From: Rhizophagus irregularis | Taxonomy: Eukaryota | Direction of reading: 5' to 3' | Length of the DNA stretch: 64,000 nucleotides | Assembly (NCBI RefSeq): GCF_026210795.1 | Contig: NC_089435.1 | Span: 3,472,001-3,536,000 of the forward strand | Shown here: piece after piece, positions 1 through 11,900 of the stretch | Numbering within the stretch: the stretch's first letter is position 1 | Layout of the letters: the number at the start of each line of letters is the position of its first letter | Notes under the pieces: model-generated | Databases searched by the model: none | What the model was told of the DNA's origin: nothing | The model's input: the letters and a program-made list of their open reading frames with translations, nothing else | Translations under genes and position numbers: made by a program

Positions 1-99
1 CTTATGAAGGTTAAACTAAATTCCTAATTCTAAGCTAATAGTATCGAAATTAATAAGTTAAGCTTACATGCATTGTTATATATGGTCACGTGTATATAA

Positions 100-155
100 G
101 TCACGTGCGGGACAGACAAACGTAAAATTCCTCCGCTCCGCTTCGGACAATTAGT
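100..155 (+). mobile_element. Possible Helitron/Helentron-like 3' terminus
   Basis: Short GC-rich hairpin tccg-ctccgctt-cgga followed by caattag|t; CACGTG palindromes just upstream. The terminus is TTAG rather than canonical CTAG, and the 5' part would lie outside the window. Confidence 0.25.
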
Positions 156-278
156 ATGATATTACCTCCGTTGATGCACTATGCACCAATATAGCCGATA
201 TTTGACCATACCATAAATACATATTATACCCTTTATCGTCTACTGAATTATTGATATCGTTTAAAGTGTCGCATGTTT

Positions 279-439
279 GAACTCCAGTTAGATAAATACA
301 GATTCAAGTAGAATGAACTCTAGTTAGACAAATACAGATTCAAGTAGGAGAATGAACTCTAGTTAGATAAATACAGATTCAAGTGGAAGAATGAACTCTC
401 GAACCCTAGTTAGATAAATACAGGTTCAAGTGGAAGAAT
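279..439. repeat. Tandem minisatellite, 4 copies of a ~36-47 bp unit
   Basis: Core gaactctagttagataaatacagattcaagt(g/a)(gaa)gaat repeated head-to-tail four times with no unique spacers. Confidence 0.9.
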
Positions 440-1145
440 TGAGAAAAATTATATTTTTTTAAAAATTGTCTTTATACAGTACCAATTAATGATTATTAGT
501 TTCACTTTATCAATTCTTCGTTATTAGAAGATTAGTTATTGTCATAAGTAATTTTAACTATATTCAAAATAAGATATTGAGAAAAAAAAAAAATTAAATA
601 ATAAATAAACAATGTTACAATAATTTATTAATTTCCAATTATGAATTTACAATTACAGTAATTACAGTAAAGTTGAACATTCAAGCCATTAAATTTAGGA
701 AACCTGTAGAGTGGGTAACACAATTTCTATATTAGAAGATAATCAGTGTAGCAGAGTACTATATAAGGAATTACAAAACGTATTATATTGTTTGTCATTT
801 TTTTTTTTTTTGAAAGTATTATAATAAATAAATAATGTATTGTTTGTTACCATAACTGATAATAATTAACGTTAAAACTGAATATTTTAAACCATTTAAT
901 AATGTTTAAATGTTTGTTATTATTTCGAAAAAAAAATTTAAAAAAATGTTTCAAAATGATCTGCGAACACGTGTCATTTCAACATACATTCATTATCGGA
1001 GAAAATATTATGTAAATCCAAAAAGTATGCCCCAGTCTATGTCTTATATTTCTAAAATAAAAAAAAAATCCAAAAAGTATGAAAAAAAAAATAAGAAGTA
1101 TCTTATTATGAATAATCTTGATGAAAAAATTTTTTTTTAAAGGTA

Positions 1146-1261
1146 CAAGTGCGTTATAACGACATCTCGACGACGACATACAGTACTATTTTTTTTGGAT
1201 TCCTTTGATGTCGTTATATCATTATAACGACGAAGAATATCGTTATAATGGGCGACACTTG
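1146..1261. mobile_element. Small TA-flanked MITE (Tc1/mariner-pogo type)
   Basis: TA|caagtg...cacttg|TA ends; internal ttataacgac/gtcgttata motifs in both orientations. Confidence 0.55.
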
Positions 1262-2317
1262 TAAATGAAAAAATTTTCGCAATCGACTGAAGGGTGATAT
1301 TTAAAAAAAATATCATTATTGAAAGAAAGCTTTTCTCGAGTTGAATTTCAAGTTAAAAACGAGTCATGCTATTATATTATACAACTAAAATTATTTTTAT
1401 ATGTTTATATGTGAAATTATAAGTTTATTTGGTGAATTATATAATTTTCAATTTATACTTCAAATAAATGATGTATTTTTACAATTTCCGATGAATATTT
1501 TTTTTTTATTTATTCATTTTATCTTTTCATCACAATTTTACTTAATAATAAAATTTACAGTAAATAATTTAAAAATATTAATATTATTAAACGGCCAAAT
1601 AAATAAATGTAATTATAATATTTTACTGTATGTGATAACGATATTCGATATTAAACTTTAAATTGATCGATTTTAACAGAATCTAAATTATTCAGAATTC
1701 TTAAATTAACTTATTAATCGAAATCGTTGTAACACGGACATGTACATTTCACGAAACATCATCACCGTTCTGTCATATCCCAATCAATTGATCCTACTGA
1801 ATTTCCTGTGTAGAATAGTAGAATACCTTCAGTGACAAACACTGAAAGAATATTTTATGGTTAGTTGTATATACTATTGCAATTTATTATTATTATTATT
1901 TTTTGAATTCGCAAGTGCTGTTGTCAAAAAAATATATAGGAATACTCAAATTTTTACATAATCAATCGGGTATAGTATGCGATAAATATTAGGCGATATG
2001 GTCACGCTATGAAAGTTATCCAATACCTCCTCAAATATTCATATCATCAATTCATGTAAATCTGTCACGTTATTTGTCCGGCATTATAAGTCTTCTACCA
2101 GAATTATAGCACTCGGCCGGCATTAAGAAAATTAACCATGTGATAATTGAGGAAAAAATAAAACAATATTCAAGTCTCACGTGATTTAAAAGACTAGACT
2201 ACAGGCTTTGGCTGATGACGGCTGTAAAGCTATTAAGAACGTTCTCGTTCATCGTATCGGAATTAGCGAAATATGGCATCAGTAGTAGTATTTCATTCGT
2301 AGTCCCCATAAAATCAA

Positions 2318-2638
2318 TTAGTTATCCTACCTCTAATGATTCTTTTGATTGAATAGTCGGCACTACTAAAATTTAACAATTTGGGATAATATGAGAAAAT
2401 AGAACAAGGTTTGGATTGTCATCTATGTTTATGGTGTCGTCGCGCAGTTGGGAATGCATTACTAACTTAAATTTTTGTGTTTAGTTATCCTACCTCAATT
2501 TTAGCAGTGTCTATTCCATCAAAAGAATCATAGATAGTTTAGGATAATATGGGAAAATTGATCAAGTTTTGGATTGTCATCGACTCTGTTTATTGTGTCG
2601 TCACCGACGTCACGGCAAGTGGGAATACATTACTAACT
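2318..2638. repeat. Diverged ~160 bp direct duplication upstream of the receptor-like kinase
   Basis: ttagttatcctacctc...ggataatatg(a/g)gaaaat...tttggattgtcatc...tgtcgtc...gggaat(g/a)cattactaact occurs at ~2318-2467 and ~2481-2638. Confidence 0.8.
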
Positions 2639-2949
2639 ATAATTTTCGTGCAAAATGTGTAATTCTTTTTGTTCTACAATAAAATCACATCACTATTATT
2701 ATTATTTGCCGAATTTAAATAGAAATCATGGGTCGATCATTCTATTATTCTAATTTATTTATAGTTTAGTTCTTCATATTTTTTGATTTTTTAGTGGCGA
2801 TGAAATCCAAAATAGTACAAGTCAAAACTTTATTGGTTCGCACCAAATCTATTTAAAGTTAGATCGACGATTATGTTATAAACTTCTTTAAACCGAATGA
2901 AACCTTAAATTTTTTCTATCCTAACTACTTTTTTAATTTTTTTTTTATT

Positions 2950-5900
2950 ATGTCAAAGAAATTTTTAGTGTATTCTATATTATGGAGTTTAATTCAATTA
3001 GTTGAAGTAAATTGTCGAATAACATCACGACGATTTGATCATACTGCTACAATTTTTAATAATAACTTATATATTTTGGGTGGTCGAAATCTTAATTACG
3101 CCGACATTGTTGGAAAAGATTTTTTTTATTTTGATATATCTGTTGCATTGAATACTCAAAAACTTCTATGGCATCAAGTATCAAGCATTAATAATGTTCC
3201 ATCACATTATGGTGCATCTTTTGTTAAAGGAGGTGCAAATAATAATACATTAATTTTATATGTACCAGAGCATATTCAATTCAGTTTTTCAAGTCCTGAT
3301 ATTGATTTTGTTTATACATTTGATCCACAAGATAATTCAAATAATGCATGGAATATACCAAAAATAATAGGAAATAATGCAATTATAGAGAAATTTTCAA
3401 TTAATATTATTAGAAAAAAATTTTTGACAGGAATTGTTGATTATTATGGAAAAATTTATTTATGGGGTGGAATTAAACGATACGAATTCGATTCTGATAT
3501 GTATATTTTAGATACAACAAACTTTAGTTTGGAAAAAAGAAATATAACAAATATATCGAATTCTAATTTACCAACTTTAAGAATTCATTATGGTGCCGCT
3601 TTATTACCTAACAATAAAATCATTTATATTGGTAAGTAAACAATTCTTTTTTTTAAAAAAAAAATATTATTTGTTATTATTTGTTTATATACAGTATTAT
3701 CTTCTTTTTAGGTGGTTATGATGGTAAAAATTATTTAACGTTGGAGCAGGTAAATTATTAATTCTATTCTTTCTTTTTTTTTCGAGATTAAAGAAATCAG
3801 AGCGTAAATTTACGAATAATTTTATTATTTAGGTTTATATTTATGATACCATTAGTAATAATTGGTATAGAGAAGTAAGTACTATATTTAACATATTTTT
3901 TGTTCAAAATTGATATTTGTTACAATAATTTTTTTTTAATAAATTTTAGATAACTACCGGAATAATACCTTCTAATAGAGGAAAATTATCTGCCGTTCTT
4001 GGTATGAATTATTTTTAATTTAAATTACGATATTTATTATTATTTATTATTAATTATAAATTTATCACAAAAGGATTAGATGGTCAAAAAGTAATCATCT
4101 TTGGAGGTTCTAATAATTCTAATCTTAAATCTAATGAATCACTTTATGTATTAAATTTAACAAATTTTGAATGGTATATTCCGAGAATTTCCGGAAAGAT
4201 TCCGAAAAATCGATATTATCATAAAGCAAATGTTATCGATAATTATATGATCATATCATTCGGTAAGTCATTAAATGAAATGTTTTTAATTTTTTAAACG
4301 AAAATTACAATTAAAAGAAAATTTTTTTTTTTTTTTTTTAATAGGACGTGGTTATAATCAATCAATTGAAAGTGACATTTTATTACTTGATATAAGTAAT
4401 AACGAGGAATATGTATGGAAATGGCTTGAGATTAGTCAATCTATAGATTTATTAACAGATTCATTAATAGATTCATTAATAGATCAATTCAATCTAATAG
4501 AATTAACGAAAACTATATTAATTATTACTTTTATAATTATAACTCCTATATTTTACTTTAAAAAGAAAAAGAATAATAATTCCAATTGGCTTGAAGAAGC
4601 TATTTCCAATAATTATATTAAATATTATGAATATAAACATTTTAGTAATATACAAAAAATTGGTACCGGTTATTTTGGAGAAGTTTTTCGTGCAAATTAT
4701 AAAGATTCAGAACAATATTTAGCTTTAAAATCTTTTTTTAACCTTGATATCGCCACCATTAAAGAAATCATTCATGAGGTACAGTATTTAAATTATTTTG
4801 AAAAAAAAATTTGTTAAATTTTTTTTTTTAAAAATTCATTTTTTTTTAAAAAATTAAAATTTTATTTGTGATGTTAAGCTTAAACTTCAACGCGAAGTTG
4901 ATTTTCATAATAATGTTATTCGTTTTCATGGAATCGCAAATTCTGAGTCAGGTATGTTAAAAAAATTAATAACATAAAATATAATAAACGAATTATTATT
5001 ATTATTAATTTATTAATCTTACTAGAAAATCTAGAAAATCAAAGATGTAATAAATTTATATTAGTATTAGAATATGCGGATGGTGGTTCCCTTAGAAATT
5101 ATTTGAATAAGAATTTTGATACACTTGCTTGGAATCACAAATGCAATCTTGCTCATCAATTGGCATGTGCCGTTTCTTGTTTACATGATGAAAATATATT
5201 ACATTGTGATTTGGTAATTTTAATATTATTTATCATAAATTAATTATTTTTAAAAATTATTTAAATTTTAATTATAATATTATTAAATTATAATTTTTAT
5301 TTTTATTTTAAAATTTTAAAATTTTTAAAAGCATTCTGGTAATATATTGGTTCATCAAAATGCCATTAAATTGGCTGACTTTGGATTATCAAAAAGGATT
5401 GAAGATGCAACAAATCATCATTCAAAATTACATGGAATAATTCCTTATATTGATCCTAAAAGATTTAATAACTTAGATTCAATACAAGTATATAAATTAG
5501 ATAAAAAATGTGATATATATAGCGTTGGTGTTCTTTTATGGGAAATATCAAGTGGTAAACCACCTTTTTATACCGAACGTGAAACAAATTGTTGTTTAGC
5601 TATGAATATCTTACAAGGTCTTAGAGAAACTCCTATTTTGGAACCAGATATTCCTTCCGATTATATTAAACTTTATATTGGTAATTATTATTTTATTAAA
5701 TTATTATTATGTATTTATATTTAAAAATTTATTTTAACACGAATTGTTATTTAGCGTGTTGGGATGGAGAACCTAATAAACGTCCAACTATAAAACAAGT
5801 TACTTCACAACTTAAAGCAATGTTATCCCAAATAGACGAAAAAGATAATTCAATAGTAAATTTAAATGAAGATGATAATAATTATCCAGTAAAAAATTTA

Positions 5901-6020
5901 ACCCGATTATCACAATTACTTAATTCAGATGACAGGAATGAGGTCTCGGATTTTTTTGGGTTTAATGATTTGACAAATGAATTAAAGGAATATTTTGAAA
6001 AAAATGAAAAAAACAATTAA
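2950..6020 (+). CDS. Receptor-like protein kinase: signal peptide + Kelch beta-propeller + single TM + TKL-type kinase (~770 aa, 10 exons)
   Basis: Exons 2950-3631, 3712-3749, 3833-3874, 3950-4001, 4074-4262, 4345-4778, 4879-4951, 5026-5213, 5332-5680, 5755-6020 (all GT-AG; total 2313 nt, in frame). Hydrophobic N-terminus MSKKFLVYSILWSLIQLVEVNC; Kelch motifs (LYILGG, IYLWGG, IIYIGG, VIIFGG, RYYHKA); TM TILIITFIIITPIFYF followed by KKKK; kinase motifs IGTGYFGEV, ALK, LEYADGGSL, HCDLHSGN, DFG, PYIDP, DIYSVG, CWDGEPNKRP. Confidence 0.9.
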
Positions 6021-6244
6021 TAATAAATTAACAAATTAGTCTTGTTATATCGAAATTTACCATTTAAATATGATATTATTATTACTTACAAAATATTAGG
6101 AAGTCAAGTGATTGTGACAAGACTCTCTTCTAAAATTTTAATAGATGTACTGTATAATGAAAACTGGGAATTTTTATATTTAAAACAAACAATACACGAG
6201 AAATTGTAATGTAAATAAACGGAAAATCAGTAAATCACGATTTT

Positions 6245-6835
6245 GCTTATATTACTATTATATGAAGAAATTTAGAAATTTTTATGAAGTAACCTGGATT
6301 GGTAATAGATTTGAAATTTGTATCATTACCGACAATCATCCGTCCAATTACGAGTTGCCCGCCCTTAAATTTTTCTTTGAGACGATGAATTATAAGTTCG
6401 ATTCTTTATCAGTTATCACTGATATCAAGATAAGATTACCGTTACCAATGAATTGTTGAAGGAGGAAGAAATTGTACGCTATTATTTAACATGAATGATT
6501 TTATATTATTGAATTTTCGGCATTTCTTCAGCATATTGGGTCAAAATCCATTATGGTTTACAGTAACTATATTGTATGGTATTTCGGGGATGACAAAAGT
6601 AATTATCAGAAGTAAGGATTTGACAATGATAGTAATCTTTTATACCGATCGCAGTTGCGAAGATGGAACAGTTAGCGCCTTAACGGGTTTATTTGAAATA
6701 ATTTCCGAGATTCTCGGTGATAATTTAATTATTTTTGTTTTATCGTCTTTACCATCTTCAATAACTTCAGTTGTTATCTTGTATATACCATTGAATTTCC
6801 TAAATATTACCTGTCTTCTTTCTCTTTCGGCCTAC
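6245..6835 (-). pseudogene. Possible decayed coding remnant, unidentified
   Basis: Minus-strand protein-like stretches (AERERRQVIFRKFNGIYKITTEVIEDGKDD...; RIELIIHRLKEKFKGGQLVIGRMIVGNDTNF) are broken by stops and frame changes. No family recognised. Confidence 0.3.
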
Positions 6836-8054
6836 TTATTGACAAAAATTTCTTATCCCCTCTTAACGACTTTACTATAAAAAAAAAATTACTTATTCCC
6901 GACGAAAAAAAAATCATATTTTATTTGAAAAATTTGAAAAATTCAAAATGATGCTCAGTAAGTGTAAAACCTTACTAGTATGTCTTTGTAAGAATTAGAC
7001 ATTTTGTCTGCATTAGGAGTGGAATTTCTTAAGATAGTTAATCGTTTAAGCATGATAATATTAAAGTTATATTTTTTTTTTACAAAAGAAATTTCTCGCG
7101 GTGGTTGCGGAAAAGATGACCATAGTGTTTACTTTTGCAGAAATATCCAAAAAGCTGTTCCAATTTGATTGTTTCTCTCTATTTTTTAAAAAATCTAAAT
7201 TTTAATAAACATATAGTTTAAATGCCCCTCTAAATTTTCCCGAATTTTCTCAAAAATTTCTAAAAGTTTTATTATATTCATTTTATTTAGTTTATTTAAT
7301 GAAAAAGCCTTCCCCCTCAAACTTTTCAGAAAATCTGGAAAATCTGGACGTTAAACAAATAATCAGTTGTGAACGGTCTAAGTGCATAATGTTGATTTTG
7401 ATCTTCCAATAATAATGTCCACTAATTTATTACAAATCTTTTCGCGCTATTATAATAATATTGGGATGTAGTAATTTTCTTTTTATCTATAATATTAAAA
7501 AAAATTAAGCCTCAAAAAAATTAATTACATAAAAAAAGAATGATTTGTGCTAAGGAGGTAGAAAATCTTATCTTTGTACATCCGTATATCGAGATTGACG
7601 TGTTTATAGTTAGTTAGGTTCGTCCAATCTACGATAATCGTGTAAATTTAATTTATTTATACCCAATAAAGAAATGAACAAATAAATAAAAGTTTTAATT
7701 GCTTTAATTAAAAATGATGGAGGAAAAACCAATTCTGAAATATAAATATATGGAAAAATAAAAAATACATGGCAAACCTTTTAAAAATTAAAAATCGGTC
7801 TTGAACTCATAATGAACTAAATTGAATACGAAACAAAGGTGCTATATCAAATTTCATTTGTTAAAAATCGGTTTAACATGAATATCGCATAATCGTTAAG
7901 TTCTGACTTGCTAATAAAATGTCGTAGTTTAACGTTTTTGCGAACAGTCTAATTCATTTTCTTCTTTATTTCTTATGTTTTCCTCCACATGCTTCTTCGT
8001 GCCTTTTCAAATTTGACATCGATATGATTCTATTACATTTACATCCTTTATGTA

Positions 8055-8246
8055 ATTTATTTATTTATTTTATTTCAAGAAGAGTAGTAATCCGAGTCCA
8101 ATACAAATTAAAGCCGAAGGTACGTGAGTACGAAAAAACTAAAATATGTGCATAGATCACAGACTAACATCCCATACAGGACCTCAGGACCTCACCCTTC
8201 GGTGAAGAATAGAGCTATACCTAGGTGAAATTACGCTGCCTAAGAT
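8055..8246 (-). mobile_element. 5'-truncated non-LTR retrotransposon 3' end or SINE-like insertion
   Basis: Perfect 17-bp direct repeat tttacatcctttatgta at 8038-8054 and 8247-8263 flanks a 192-bp insert that ends on the minus strand in an A-rich (aaata)n tail; internal stem-loop tcacc-gaag-ggtga. Confidence 0.75.
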
Positions 8247-8326
8247 TTTACATCCTTTATGTATCGGGAAAATTACGTTTTATTAACATTTCATTATAGA
8301 GTCAACATGACGAATGTACAGTGAGA

Positions 8327-8428
8327 GTGTACGATAACGTGCGAACTGACCGGAATTAACGTCAACGCTATCGCGTGTAAGTGCATAACTCCCAAACTCG
8401 GGCCAGTTCGTACGTTAATATCGTACAC
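8327..8428. mobile_element. Short inverted-repeat element (MITE-like); related partial copy at ~46602-46662
   Basis: gtgtacgataacgtgcgaactgacc pairs with the reverse complement of ggccagttcgtacgttaatatcgtacac. The core aattaacgt(c/t)aacgctatc(g/a)cgtg(t/c)aagtgcataactc recurs near 46610. Confidence 0.55.
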
Positions 8429-8937
8429 CCCCTCCCTCACATGACACCTTAATCTGGTTTTTATCTTGCCTGCATTATAGGTGCTCGGCCGGCATTAATA
8501 ATTAACCATGTGACAGTTGTGTCACTCATGACACTCATGTGACGAATAAAAATTAACGAATAGGGTTTCTCACGCCGAAAAAACAGAAATGTTGATCCAT
8601 CATGAATAAAAATAGTCAAATGGATCATCCCAATGTTTATTTCTTCTTCGTTTAAAATGATTTATCGGTAAAAGATATATTTATTTTGCAGGCTATGTCG
8701 TATTGTTATTTTTTATTTATTAATTTTTGAGATACATGACACAAGTCACATAGCCACATGCCTTTTGCCCAAATTCTATTGTTATTTATGTATCGTTTTT
8801 TTTAAAGAAAATAAACTATAATTTTTTAGGAAAAAAAAAAATTTTTTGTTTTTCATAATTTTATAAATAAAGCCATCTTTTGGAACCTATTTTAAAACTT
8901 AATGTCAAATTTAATTTGATAAATTTTAACGTTAAAA

Positions 8938-11900
8938 ATGGAAGGAGAAGAATTTAATCCAACTGAACCTTATACTCGTCGTTTACGTAAAATCCTTGAA
9001 GAATATCCTGATGGTTCACAGATTCTTCGTGAAATTCTTCAAAATTCGGATGATGCAAAAAGTACTGAACAAGTTTTCATTTTGGATCATAATACATATC
9101 CATCAAGTAGTTTGTTTAAACCGCATTTGAATAATAATTGTCAAAGAGGACTTGATAGTTATCAAGGTCCCGCACTTTTAGCAAAAAATAATTCCTTATT
9201 TGAAGAAAGGGATTTTAAATCTTTGCTAAGTTTGGCTAATAGTGAAAAACACGATCAATTTGATAAGATTGGAGGTAAATTTTTATTTATGCTCATAAAT
9301 TTGTTTGTTTTACGCAACTTACAAATTCTAATAACTTTCTACATTTCAATAGTAATGGGAGTAGGATTCAATTCAGTTTATCATATAACCGACTCTCCTT
9401 CATTTATCACTGATGATAAATACGTTATTCTTGATCCACACAAATGGTGTTATAATGGTGGTGTCAAATTCAACTTTATCAACCATGAATTGGCTGAAAA
9501 ATGTCCAGATCAATTTGCTCCTTTCAGAAGAATTCCGTGTGATATTCCATGTGATGAACTATTTAAAAAACCATTTAAAGGCACTATCTTTCGTTATCCT
9601 CTTCGTGATACTACCGGTTCAGATATTTCTGACAAAATTTATAACCCGGAAGATATCTTAGAAATGTTTCACAAATTTTACGAAATTGACAGCATTAATT
9701 GTTTATTATTTTTGAAATATATCGAGTGTATCTCTTTTTATGAATTGGAAAAAGGCGCCAATGAACCTAAATTACTTTATAAAATTCAATTAGAGAATGC
9801 TGAAAAAGTACGCCAAGAACGTCATTTTATAGTTGAAAAAATTATACCAATGATGGATTTGTTAAATTCAAGTAGTCTTAATGAAAACAATCAACTAAAA
9901 GCGACTTATGTTGCATCATTCAGTCGTCAGAAAGGAGATTCTAAAGAACCTAATTCAAAATGGTTAATTTTGAATTATCTTGATGATTTACTCGAAACTC
10001 AAACATATTTTCAAAATAATTTTAGAAAAAACATAAGAGACTACAAATTTATTCCTAATGTTGGGCTAGCGGTTCCTTTAAATGATTTAAATGTTACCGG
10101 AAAATTATTTTGTTTTTTGCCTCTTCCTATCCCAATGCCCTTCTCAGTTTCCGTGCATGGATATTTTGCGGTAGGAGCTTATTATTATTATATTGAATGT
10201 TTTAATAAATATTGCATATCATATATTAAAAATTTTTTCTGACTTGCTTAACAGGTTAACACTAATCGACGCTCTTTATGGTCTGCTGCGGATAATGAAG
10301 ACTTGGTAAAAAATTGATTTTTTTCACAATTATTTTGTTAAACATAAATATTAAAAAAAAGAACTCTTGAAATTTAGGCTGATAATGCATTAGCGCATCT
10401 AAAGGTTAAATGGAATCGATATTTATTTGAAAAAGTCTTACCAAAAGCTTGGGTAAAATTCCTTTGTGAACTCCCATCTAATAATATTCAATCAGGTGAT
10501 TTGTATAAATTCTGGCCGATAGTTAAGGATGATTCATCAGGAAATATAAGTATCTTTTGCAAGGATCTTTTACAAAATGTTGTAGATTGTCTTAGTCTCG
10601 AAGATCGCGTATTCAAAGGTCCATCATCAAGCATCATTGGTGAAATTAGTGGAATATCAGCAGATTCATATAATACATCCTCATTTATCGAGTCCGGATT
10701 TCATTGGCTTTCACTTTCTAATGGCTATTTGGAGGATGAGAAACTATTAAGTTTTGATTTACCCAAAATTATTGGAAAAATAGGATTTCCCGTAATATCA
10801 ACTTCTTATCATATCATAAGTGTCTTAAAAAATTCTAAATACAAAGATTCTCTTAAGTTTTTTTCTCCTGGAGTTATTCGTACTTATTTAAAGCACAATT
10901 TTGACAAATGGGAAGGAAATTTACCAAGAAAAGAAATCTTACAATTATTCGAGTACATATTAAGGGATCAAAATTTTAACGAATTAGAAGGTTTTAAAAT
11001 GATTCCACTTGCGGACAATGAACTTGGTACTATAACACTGTCTAGCGATTCTAATGTATATATTGGTCCGGACAATAACATTGAAGACCATAAATTTGAC
11101 GAACGTCATATCTTCGAGAATCAATTGAACAAATTTATTGACAAATCAATTGACTTTGGATTGTATATGCGTTTGTATGATAATGCAAAGGCTGGATGGA
11201 ATATAAATATCAAAATTCTAAACGAGTCCGTTGTCGCTGATATGATAAGATTCTCATTGAATTATTCGATAAATAAAAAAGACTCCGAAGAAATATCAAT
11301 TCCAAATAATCTTGAATGGATTTATCGATTATGGAATAATTTAAGATACAGAAATTGGAATCTGAGAGAGTTTGAAGAAATTCATTTAATCCCAACAAGC
11401 AACTCTACTATTAGGAAATTAAAAACACCCAGAAAAATTTTTTCGAATAAAACAAGCGAAAATATTTCTACTAATACCTTAATACCTATTTTCGAAAAAT
11501 TCGGTGCTGTTTTCGTGGATAATCAATTTATAGAAATTTCTAAATGGGATAAGTTAGTATTGCTAAATTATAATCTCTTCATATTGTTTCTAAACAAACT
11601 AATTATCTTCACTTTCTTTTTGATAGAACATCTCCTTATATTATTAAGCTTAATGACATTATATCAGTTTTGGCTTCTTTGCGAGCTGATACTTTGTATC
11701 CAGGGAATTTGAATCAAAGTTTACAAATTCATGAAGCACCCGCGCTTGTTGAGCATCTATCTAATTATTTGCGAATTGCAAATAAAGATCATCTTACGCA
11801 AGAACTTATTGAAGTTATCAAGCATCTTCCAATTTTTAATCAAGTGGATCATACTGCAACAATTTCATTATTACCTGGAAATAAAGAATGGTATCTCCTA

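Noticed and set aside
279..439. CRISPR-like appearance of ~36-bp repeats
   Set aside because: Units are contiguous with no unique spacers, there are no cas genes, and the context is eukaryotic; it is a minisatellite.
910..1661. Short ORFs 910-1140, 979-1179, 1401-1661
   Set aside because: Low-complexity K/F/I/N products of AT-rich intergenic DNA with no motifs.
6262..6880. Plus-strand ORFs 6262-6459 and 6491-6880 as membrane proteins
   Set aside because: Their hydrophobicity looks like the antisense shadow of a decayed minus-strand reading; no family motif.
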